NCBI GenBank assembly: GCA_027483535.1 | Contig: JAIXUN010000001.1 | Span: forward strand, 101,432 to 165,431 | Source of the DNA: a bacterium | GTDB lineage: Bacteria > Armatimonadota > Fimbriimonadia > Fimbriimonadales > Fimbriimonadaceae | DNA: 64,000 nt | Direction: 5' to 3' | Part shown: piece by piece, positions 21,260 to 28,409 of the stretch | How the letters are laid out: each line of letters begins with the position of its first letter | How positions within the stretch are numbered: the stretch's first letter is position 1 | The notes under the pieces: generated by a model | Database searches by the model: none | What the model was told of the DNA's origin: nothing | The model's input: the letters and a program-made list of their open reading frames with translations, nothing else | Program-made: the position numbers and the translations under genes

Positions 21260-21514
21260 TCAACGAGATGCGCCTGCTACGCGCTCGAAGATGACGTACT
21301 CTCCGAGAACCACCTCCGCAACCTTGTATCCTGCCCTCTGCCAGGACTGGGCGTGAACGTGAGATCCCACAGCTTCGTTTGCCCACCAGGCGCGGTGGAC
21401 GAACGCCGACTTTGGTAGACCGCCAACTAGTTCCCCGACTTCATCGAAGTTCATCCGGACTACATTGGACGACGAATTGTTCAGATGGATTTGGATTGGA
21501 TCGTACTTAGCCAT
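21260..21514 (-). CDS. Small hypothetical protein, DUF7662-like
   Basis: MAKYDP..HL......MNFDEV..LVG.LP.SA..H.AWW.N.....H...W..AGY pattern; SD GGGAGA upstream. Confidence 0.7.
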   Translation of the reverse strand: MAKYDPIQIHLNNSSSNVVRMNFDEVGELVGGLPKSAFVHRAWWANEAVGSHVHAQSWQRAGYKVAEVVLGEYVIFERVAGASR

Positions 21515-21543
21515 TCGTTTCTCCCGATGCTTCAATCATCATT

Positions 21544-21858
21544 CTAGTCAAGGTTGAACACTTCGCGGAGTTCTTTCGAGACGGGCCGGTTATCGGATTC
21601 GGTGGGCATCAGGTCGCTCATGTGCGCCCACCACTTTTGGCACTCGGGAGTCTGCGCGATCGCGTCCCACTCTTCCCTGCTTGTTACCTCGGCGTAACCG
21701 AAGAGATCTCCCGTGGTGGGGTCTAGGAAGATGGAGTAGTTTTGAACGCCGTGGCGCTTGAGCACCTGCTCCAACTCTGGCCAAATAGGATTGTGGCGAG
21801 CCTCGTACTCTTGCTCAGCGCCCTGGCGGACGCTCATTCGGAAGCCGATTCGCAGCAC
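21544..21858 (-). CDS. rhaM: L-rhamnose mutarotase
   Basis: EYEARHNPIWPEL..LK.HG..NYSIFL...LFGY.E...CQKWW..M..LM; GTG start 1 nt after the upstream stop. Confidence 0.92.
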   Translation of the reverse strand: MLRIGFRMSVRQGAEQEYEARHNPIWPELEQVLKRHGVQNYSIFLDPTTGDLFGYAEVTSREEWDAIAQTPECQKWWAHMSDLMPTESDNRPVSKELREVFNLD

Positions 21859-21859
21859 G

Positions 21860-23224
21860 TTACTCTCCGGAAGCGGCCGATGCCGGAGCCGGAGCCGTGA
21901 CAGAAACCTGAGAACCAACGAGGTCGATTACGCGCACCACTTCGTTAACCGTCTTCCGGAACGCGCCCGACTGTTCGATGGCAAGCGCCTCGCATCGATT
22001 CCGAGCGTCTTCGCTGGCTACCGGATCGTTGGCAAACTTCACAAAGAAGTCGGCGAGCAACCCGGATTCGCCCACTCGATAGCCCACCCCGTGAGATTCG
22101 CAAAGAAGTTGGAGCGCTCGGAAGTGACCCCGTCGCCGACCGTACGCCACCGGAACACCCCACGCCACGGGTTCGGTGACGTTGTGACCCATGCCGTCCC
22201 AAGCTCCACCCACGTAAGCGGCCTTGCAGTGCCGGTAAGCCACGGCAAGTTCGCCCATGGTGTCTAAGATCAAAATGTCTTCTTCGCCCGGCGTCACCGG
22301 CGGACCGTAAGGACCGGATCGAACGCGGACCTTTAGTCCCATCGACTTCGCAAGTTGGGCAAGCTCGTCGCGCCGTTCCACCCGCCTTGGGGCGATCATG
22401 AGGCGCATGGGGCGTCGTTCTCGAGCCTTCATAAAGGCTTCCAGAACCCATTTGTCTTCGGCAAGGCTATCGGTGCTGCCACTCACCATGAGCGCCTTTT
22501 CAGCGTCTGGCTTGAGCCAATCTTCCAGGTCTTTCTCTCGAACCGCGCCGAGTTCGGCCTTGCGGAGTTCGAGTTTGATATCACCCGTTACAACGAGGTT
22601 GGTGTTGGTAGAGATGAACTCTTTGGCCCAATCGGCTTCTTGCTGAGTGCGGACCATGACGGTTCGCACATGCTTGAGGAGCCACCGATCAAGCGGGGTT
22701 CGTTTGATGCGGCTGTTCAGTAGAACCACGTGCGTGCCGCCGAGAGCGGCTCCGACCACCAGCACCGGAAATCGGTAGCGCTCGGTGAGGATCATCACGT
22801 CGGGCTTCACTTCGGCCAGATAGCGCATGACCGGATAGAAGAAGTCGAACGGCCAGTAGCTAAGCTCCCAATCGGGGTGGGTTTGACGAACGTCGGAGAT
22901 GGTTTTGGCGTCTCTCAGGGTCCAAGCCAGTTGCACGCGGGGCCTTAGCTCGGTGAGCGCGCCCGCAATTTGTCGCATGATGACGAGTTCACCGTCGCTG
23001 GCGCCGACAAGCGCCACTCGGGGACCGTCTAGCTTGGGTTCTGGACTGTGCTGAACGATTCCGCTGAGCCACCGTTCGGGGTTGATCTCGTCGATCTTGC
23101 GGTACTTCAGGTATCGGCGCACCTTGTGAGCGATGAAGTAAGGCGAGAGTGCCAGGCCCAGAAGAGACCATCCAAGGAGCCCGGGGGACAGGCATAGCCG
23201 TAGAGCTTTGTGACTCGTGCGCAT
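21860..23224 (-). CDS. waaA: Kdo transferase WaaA/KdtA family glycosyltransferase (GT30), diverged
   Basis: GSTD, IAPRR.ER, LDTMGEL..AY....AYVGG....GHN..EP.AWGVPV..G; the 23434 start in the ORF track runs into the tRNA array and is not credible. Confidence 0.75.
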   Translation of the reverse strand: MRTSHKALRLCLSPGLLGWSLLGLALSPYFIAHKVRRYLKYRKIDEINPERWLSGIVQHSPEPKLDGPRVALVGASDGELVIMRQIAGALTELRPRVQLAWTLRDAKTISDVRQTHPDWELSYWPFDFFYPVMRYLAEVKPDVMILTERYRFPVLVVGAALGGTHVVLLNSRIKRTPLDRWLLKHVRTVMVRTQQEADWAKEFISTNTNLVVTGDIKLELRKAELGAVREKDLEDWLKPDAEKALMVSGSTDSLAEDKWVLEAFMKARERRPMRLMIAPRRVERRDELAQLAKSMGLKVRVRSGPYGPPVTPGEEDILILDTMGELAVAYRHCKAAYVGGAWDGMGHNVTEPVAWGVPVAYGRRRGHFRALQLLCESHGVGYRVGESGLLADFFVKFANDPVASEDARNRCEALAIEQSGAFRKTVNEVVRVIDLVGSQVSVTAPAPASAASGE

Positions 23225-23380
23225 TCGACCGCTCGGAGCCTTCCTACGCCCCAATGTCCACAAGTTTACTGCTCTGCCGGCAAGTTTTGGGGTTTTCGGG
23301 GAATGGGAATGGGTCGTTTGGCGATAAACAAAGGGCCCGCGAGCGACGGTAAGTGACGAGTCAGACTGAACGAGACTAGG

Positions 23381-23386
23381 TACAAT
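23381..23386 (+). promoter_or_regulatory. -10 box upstream of tRNA-fragment array
   Basis: GG-TACAAT 11 nt before the first unit; similar GG-TAAACT/TACACT recurs 9 nt before each later unit and the tRNA. Confidence 0.6.
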
Positions 23387-23397
23387 ATCAATCTTCC

Positions 23398-23682
23398 GGG
23401 CGGTTAGCTCAGTGGTAGAGCATCCCGACTTCATCGGGAGTGTCGCCAGATTTCTAGAAAGCCATTCAAGGAATCGGTAAACTTAACTAAGCGGGCGGTT
23501 AGCTCAGTGGTAGAGCATCCCGATTCTATCGGGAGGGTCGCCAGATTCCTAGAAAGCTGTTCAAGGAATCGGTACACTTAACAAAGCGGGCGGTTAGCTC
23601 AGTGGTAGAGCATCCCGACTTCATCGGGAGGGTCGCCAGATTCCTAGAAAGCTATTCAAGGAATCGGTACACTTAACAAAGC
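23398..23682 (+). repeat. Three tandem 95-bp units: tRNA-Val 5' fragment + palindromic pseudo-anticodon arm + promoter-like tail
   Basis: Units start at 23398, 23493, 23588 (tRNA at 23683); first 25 nt identical to the tRNA; unit 1 differs from unit 3 at 5 sites, unit 2 from unit 3 at 4 sites. Confidence 0.97.
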
Positions 23683-23757
23683 GGGCGGTTAGCTCAGTGG
23701 TAGAGCACTTCGTTCACACCGAAGGGGTCGTAGGTTCAAGTCCTATACCGCCCACCA
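23683..23757 (+). tRNA. tRNA-Val (anticodon CAC)
   Basis: GGGCGGT/ACCGCCC acceptor stem, GCTC-AGTGGTA-GAGC D arm, CTTCG-TTCACAC-CGAAG anticodon arm, GTAGG-TTCAAGT-CCTAT T arm, encoded CCA. Confidence 0.97.
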
Positions 23758-23771
23758 TTTTTGAAGGTCCC

Positions 23772-24032
23772 ATGTGGACTCTTTACATCCTCCAAAGCGA
23801 ATCGTCCGGTCGGTTTTACGTCGGCCATACAAACGACATGGTGAGGCGGCTCGAAGAGCATCAATCCGGCCAAACAACCTCAACGCGAAATCGAGGACCC
23901 TGGAAAGTCGTCCACCGCGAGGTGTTCGAATCTAAACAACTCGCTGCGAATAGAGAGCGCCAGATCAAAAGTTGGAAGTCGCGGGTGGCGATTCTAGCTC
24001 TCATCGAGGAGTCCGAAACCGACGATCGGTAG
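23772..24032 (+). CDS. Stand-alone GIY-YIG nuclease (86 aa)
   Basis: MWTLYILQS...FYVGHTND..RRL.EH...T..RGPW.....E.F.....A..RE.QIK.WK: GIY/YIG dyad, conserved Arg, His and Glu. Confidence 0.93.
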   Translation: MWTLYILQSESSGRFYVGHTNDMVRRLEEHQSGQTTSTRNRGPWKVVHREVFESKQLAANRERQIKSWKSRVAILALIEESETDDR

Positions 24033-24087
24033 AGCTTCCCGATTCCATCGGGAGGGTCGTCCCGACCAGTCGGGATACGGCCCACCA
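24028..24087 (+). pseudogene. tRNA 3'-portion mimic with anticodon and T arms replaced by TCCCGA..TCGGGA palindromes
   Basis: GGTAGAGC-T-TCCCGATTCCATCGGGA-GGGTCG-TCCCGACCAGTCGGGA-T-ACGGCCC-ACCA, colinear with tRNA positions 17-75. Confidence 0.85.
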
Positions 24088-24100
24088 CCTCCAGATCCTG

Positions 24101-24289
24101 ATGTGGATCCTCTACATCCTCCATAGTGATTCCTCCGGCCTATTAGGCGAACCCAATCTGCGAATCGATCAGGCTGAAATTCCACCGACTCAACATATAC
24201 GCTCCGTCTTGCAGAGACCAGCCAATACAGAGGTGAATCGCTCGGGTCTGACGACGGGACGAGGAAACCCGACCAACACCCGACCTTAG
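24101..24289 (+). pseudogene. Degenerate second GIY-YIG copy
   Basis: MWILYILHSDSSG versus MWTLYILQSESSG; homology lost after about 13 codons; ATG exactly 329 bp after the first ATG. Confidence 0.8.
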
Positions 24290-24416
24290 ATAAATCAACT
24301 CCAAAACATCGCCTCAGCAAAATTGCCGGTAGCAAGATTGCTTGATCGGATGTATGGTGCCGTTAGCTGCAAAAGATTTGCTCTGTTGCTTCTATTGCTT
24401 TTCTGGGAGGAAAAAC

Positions 24417-24977
24417 ATGAAATCGATTAGAATTTTGGCAATTGCCACCGCACTCGGCGCCCTCGCCACCGCGCAAGCCGCTCAACAAACCTACACCTTT
24501 TCCGGAACCATCACCGGTTCCCTCGGAGGAACAAACTTCTCGGCCAAAGAGTTCAGCATCGTCGGAATCGGCGATAGCTCGACCATCGAAAGTCGGAGCT
24601 TTGGTTGGATCAACACGCTCTCTTCCAACACTTTGACCGTTACCGGATTCGCCCCGGTTTCCATTGCCAACCTTGGCGTGTTCATGAACAACGATGTCGA
24701 CGTAGTCGGTGCCTGGAGAACAGGAACGGAAAACCTCGACGTTTACAATGTCACGATCGGTGAAGATCACGACCTCACCGGTCCCTTTGGGCCAAAGTCT
24801 GGAGCCGCGTTTGCGAACCCGGGATCACCCTTTGCCACCAGCGGTGGCGAGTTCGTCATTGATAGGTTCGATTCTCCTGGTACATACAGCGTAAATGCGG
24901 TTGTTCCTGAACCGGCAACGTTTACGGCTTTGGGAATCGGTGCCCTTATGCTTCGACGACGACGGACTAGCGCTTAG
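24417..24977 (+). CDS. PEP-CTERM protein
   Basis: SD GGGAGG, signal peptide, VPEPATFTALGIGALMLRRRRTSA. Confidence 0.92.
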   Translation: MKSIRILAIATALGALATAQAAQQTYTFSGTITGSLGGTNFSAKEFSIVGIGDSSTIESRSFGWINTLSSNTLTVTGFAPVSIANLGVFMNNDVDVVGAWRTGTENLDVYNVTIGEDHDLTGPFGPKSGAAFANPGSPFATSGGEFVIDRFDSPGTYSVNAVVPEPATFTALGIGALMLRRRRTSA

Positions 24978-24992
24978 TCCGGCTTTAGTCGT

Positions 24993-25029
24993 AAAGGAGG
25001 GCGAGCAGCAGAAGCTGCTTGCCCTCTTT
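24993..25029. terminator. Bidirectional terminator
   Basis: AAAGGAGGGCGAGCAGC-AGAA-GCTGCTTGCCCTCTTT between convergent genes. Confidence 0.75.
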
Positions 25030-25035
25030 GTTTCT

Positions 25036-27735
25036 TCACCGTTGGGGTAGGAAGTCCACCCTACTGGAGGACTTGCTTAGCAGGACACTCACCGCCCCTG
25101 CATCGACCGCAAACTCGCCCTGGACCTCATACTTTCTTAAACCCTTCGCGGGCGACTCCACCCGCAACCGAGCGACCTTCGTAGCAGCGTCCGCCGGACT
25201 CAGCACCACCCGCACTTGCCTGGACGAAGGGTTGAACTCCACCGCCTCGAAGGTTCCGGCATCCAGAGTCAAATACAGACCAACCGGGGCTAGATAAACC
25301 CGCTTTTGGAAGGAATCTTGGGGCTCGACGCGCACCCAACCCGACTTCTGAGACACCCTACCGCCGAACGCCTGCCAGCCGAAGTCGGGCGAGTTCACCA
25401 GATAGGTGCCCGTGTTCATCGAGTGGCCAAAGAAGTTCGGACCGTAGTCGCCGGAATACGCATCCCACTTCAAGGTCGATGGGAACGAGTGGAAGGCCGC
25501 CGATCCGAACCCTTCTTGATCGATGTTCGAGATCGCGCCCATCGTTCCGCCATAGCCGACCCTCAACAGGTAGAGATCGTCGGGATTCTCGCGGAACTCG
25601 TTCAGTACGGGTATAGCGTTTAGTCCCGATCCATAGTGGTGGAGTTGCCGCTCGATTCGGCTGAGCTTTCCGCCGTACAAGAAGTCCCAATATCGCCGAG
25701 CGTTGCCGTTGTAGCCCCAGTGCGGAACGGTTGGCATGTAAGCCAGAATCGAGTTCAAAGAGACCAGCGCCTTATCGTTATAGCCGAAGTATTTGCACCA
25801 GGCGTAAACCTCTTCTTGACCCGTGGAGTCCCACGCCATCTCGCTGCCGAACGGATACTTCTCTTCCTTCCACCTATCGGCTCGCTCTTTCATTCTTTGT
25901 TCGATGAGGGCGAACTTCTCTTGCCAACCTTCTCGTTTCAGGTCTTCCAGAAGCGACTTAAAGATGGTGCCTTCCATCAGCCCCAATCGCCAATAGCCCA
26001 CTCGATCCCAGCCCCGCTCGCTACGGCTCGTCATGAACCGAGTTGTTTCGTAAGCTTGGTCGAGATAGTAAGTCCACGGATTTCTCGTGAGCCCAGGATG
26101 GTTGCGCGCGATTCGGTACAGCGACCACCAGGCCGCAACCACGTGCGGGTAGTTGTATCCGCGACCGATATCGGCCGCATGCGACTTATTCCAGCTGGTC
26201 CAAGTGGTCCAGTTCCGCTGGGGATCATAGACGTAGCCGGGCATCTGAGCGGGTTCGTAGAAGAAAACGCTCTTCCGAACTCCGAACTTGTCCGGTCCTT
26301 CAGAGACCTGGATTTTCCCCCAAAGCACTTTTTCGGCGAACTCTTCTAACTTAGAAACCTCGTCCGAGGTCGGTTGTCCGAACGCCTTCATGGAGTGGGC
26401 CAGCCAGTTCCCCGATCCTCCCTCATCCCCGAGCCCCGCGATCCAAACTCGACTGTCTTGCAGCACCTGTTTGTCGGCTTCACGGTCGTAACTAATGGCG
26501 GCAGGGGCTCTGCCGAACGGGTCTTTGGCGTCGTTGAACCACGATTTACCCGTAAGGAACTTGCCTAGATCGGCAACAGCGGTTGCGGCGGGCTTGATGA
26601 TGTAGTAGCTCACCGTTTGAAGGGTGCCGTCGGTGTAGGTGATGCTCAGGCGGGCTCGGCCCCAAGACTTCCCTTGCACGGTGTAGCCCTTCCATCCGTT
26701 GCGAGCTTCGCGGTTCGGTTGCCAGGAAAGGGCTTCGGGGGGATCGGCTTGAATGGACTTCACCGACTTCCCGTACTTCAAGAACAGCTTGGCTTCCTGA
26801 TCCATGGGCAGGACATAGCCGGGAATCCCGGCAGCCACCGGTCGACCTGCTTTGGCAAGGGTCGATTCCACCTCTCGAAGCGCGGGCGAAGGGAGGAAGG
26901 TTAGCCCGTAGGTTCGCGTTTGCTTAGGTTGAAGGGTTGATGCGGTGGGTACGTTCCACTGCTTCACGCCCTTCCACTCTTGGTCCGCAAAGGCGGAGGT
27001 GTGAACCATCCATTCCATCGTCCCTTCAAAAGTTTGGTTGGACCGCATGGGCTCGTTCAGCAGCCGATACGCTTCCAGCGGGGTTTTTCCGTGAGGGACC
27101 ACCACCATCGTCGGTCCGGTTCCGGTGAGCTGAGTGACCTGAAGGTAGCCCGCCTCTTGACCAATGTACGGATCGACAAAAGAGCAACGCGCGTGGGCTT
27201 CCTCTAACGATCGATCCGAGATGATGTTGTTGAAGGGGACGGGAATACCAAGAGCACCAACTTCTAGGGGATTTTCAGAGAGGTTGGTGATCTCGAAAAT
27301 CAGCGAGAGGTTCCCTTCTTGTTGAACCCATCTCCGGACTACTTTCACGGGGATGCTCGCGGGCAGCGTTGGAGTAAGGTCGGCAACCGCAAGATCAGAA
27401 CCCGACGGGGTAAGTGCCGTTACCGGCTTGCGATTCAGAGCTGTTGATCCGCTCACCCATTCAGTTTTGCCCGACTCTCGGACGCGCAGGGTGAGGTCGC
27501 CAAGGTGAAAGAAACCGTTCGCTCGCCGAATAGAGAGGCGATCGGACGGGAGGAAATCGAAGCCGCCGTAGAAATTGGGGCGAAGGGCAATTGCGGTTTG
27601 AGAGTCCTTGTCTAGTTCAAGAGCATAATCGGGAGTTCGAAATTCTAGGCGACCGGTTTGCTGCCCGGCAAAGGCACTGTTCGCAGAGAGGCTAGCGGCG
27701 ATGGTCAACGTAAGAAGATTTCGAACTGCTGTCAT
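25036..27735 (-). CDS. DUF5695-like secreted glycoside hydrolase
   Basis: Signal peptide; GFYHLGD-like, RGYNYPHVVAA, SEMAWDSTGQEE, WGYNGNARRYWDF, HHYGSGLNA segments. Confidence 0.75.
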   Translation of the reverse strand: MTAVRNLLTLTIAASLSANSAFAGQQTGRLEFRTPDYALELDKDSQTAIALRPNFYGGFDFLPSDRLSIRRANGFFHLGDLTLRVRESGKTEWVSGSTALNRKPVTALTPSGSDLAVADLTPTLPASIPVKVVRRWVQQEGNLSLIFEITNLSENPLEVGALGIPVPFNNIISDRSLEEAHARCSFVDPYIGQEAGYLQVTQLTGTGPTMVVVPHGKTPLEAYRLLNEPMRSNQTFEGTMEWMVHTSAFADQEWKGVKQWNVPTASTLQPKQTRTYGLTFLPSPALREVESTLAKAGRPVAAGIPGYVLPMDQEAKLFLKYGKSVKSIQADPPEALSWQPNREARNGWKGYTVQGKSWGRARLSITYTDGTLQTVSYYIIKPAATAVADLGKFLTGKSWFNDAKDPFGRAPAAISYDREADKQVLQDSRVWIAGLGDEGGSGNWLAHSMKAFGQPTSDEVSKLEEFAEKVLWGKIQVSEGPDKFGVRKSVFFYEPAQMPGYVYDPQRNWTTWTSWNKSHAADIGRGYNYPHVVAAWWSLYRIARNHPGLTRNPWTYYLDQAYETTRFMTSRSERGWDRVGYWRLGLMEGTIFKSLLEDLKREGWQEKFALIEQRMKERADRWKEEKYPFGSEMAWDSTGQEEVYAWCKYFGYNDKALVSLNSILAYMPTVPHWGYNGNARRYWDFLYGGKLSRIERQLHHYGSGLNAIPVLNEFRENPDDLYLLRVGYGGTMGAISNIDQEGFGSAAFHSFPSTLKWDAYSGDYGPNFFGHSMNTGTYLVNSPDFGWQAFGGRVSQKSGWVRVEPQDSFQKRVYLAPVGLYLTLDAGTFEAVEFNPSSRQVRVVLSPADAATKVARLRVESPAKGLRKYEVQGEFAVDAGAVSVLLSKSSSRVDFLPQR

Positions 27736-27855
27736 GTCTGGATAGCCCGATGAAGGGAGCGGAATTGGGGTCTGCGACCTTCCCTGTGCGAGGAGTCTAG
27801 TTGCTAAAGGAGCCCCCTGTCTATACAGTCGAGGACACTGTTGGGGGCGTTGCCG

Positions 27856-28359
27856 CTAATACATCGCTTTATCGCCGTAGAGCGTTTGAATGTAGTTGAT
27901 CTGCCCAAGATGGTAGGTCATGTTCCAGTAGTGCAAACCAGCAATGCCCTGCAACGTCATTTGCTCTCCCCAGGGCATTGTGTGAACTTCGGATAGCCTT
28001 TCTGGCGGTAGGTTGCGAATCGCTTCAACCAGTTGTGCAGTGTTCTCCTGTAGAGCGGTTAAGCACTCCTCGACCGTCTTCCACTGACTCTGTAACGTTG
28101 CGGCCTCTGCATAAGAGTTCGCCTTCCGCTTGTAGTTGGGGTCGAGATAGGCTAAGTACAAGTCCGGCGCAATGGCGCATTCTTGAAGCTGACTGAGTGT
28201 GGTTCGTCCTTGATCGAGAGGCGACCATTCGATCTTCTCTTCGGGCATTCGTTTCACCGTATTCGCCAATGCTTCGGCTGCCCAAAGGGTTGAATTGATC
28301 AGGTTTGAGTTGATCAGGGAGTCCACGCTCAAAGGGTAGCACTGTGAATAGCCTTTCAC
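27856..28359 (-). CDS. DinB/DUF664 family protein
   Basis: Four-helix pattern; W.P....RT...QL.E; C-terminal HYWNMTYHLGQI; true start may be slightly downstream. Confidence 0.8.
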   Translation of the reverse strand: MKGYSQCYPLSVDSLINSNLINSTLWAAEALANTVKRMPEEKIEWSPLDQGRTTLSQLQECAIAPDLYLAYLDPNYKRKANSYAEAATLQSQWKTVEECLTALQENTAQLVEAIRNLPPERLSEVHTMPWGEQMTLQGIAGLHYWNMTYHLGQINYIQTLYGDKAMY

Positions 28360-28409
28360 GAGACTCCTCTTTTTTCACAGAAACGTGAAAAAAGGGGCAC
28401 TTTACGATC

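Noticed and set aside
23225-23434. N-terminal extension of the waaA-like ORF to 23434
   Set aside because: Runs antisense through the tRNA promoter and first repeat with no family-like sequence; start at 23224 or later preferred.
23398-23682. CRISPR array
   Set aside because: The segments between the conserved 25-mers are near-identical rather than unique spacers, the repeat is tRNA-derived, and no cas genes are in the window.
23398-23682. Three extra functional tRNAs (loops could be read as TTC, TCT, TTC)
   Set aside because: No T arm, no 3' acceptor strand and no CCA; loop positions 32/38 can pair and two copies lack U33.
23697-23771. GIY-YIG ORF starting at GTG 23697
   Set aside because: Those 25 codons are the tRNA gene itself; the nuclease motif begins at ATG 23772.
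23683-24340. Integrase-type genomic island or prophage at tRNA-Val
   Set aside because: No tyrosine/serine recombinase, phage genes or distant att duplication in the window; flanking genes look native.
24327-24342. Sigma54 promoter before the 24417 PEP-CTERM gene (CGGTAGCAAGATTGCT)
   Set aside because: Spacing is right but the -24 box is a poor match; too weak to call.
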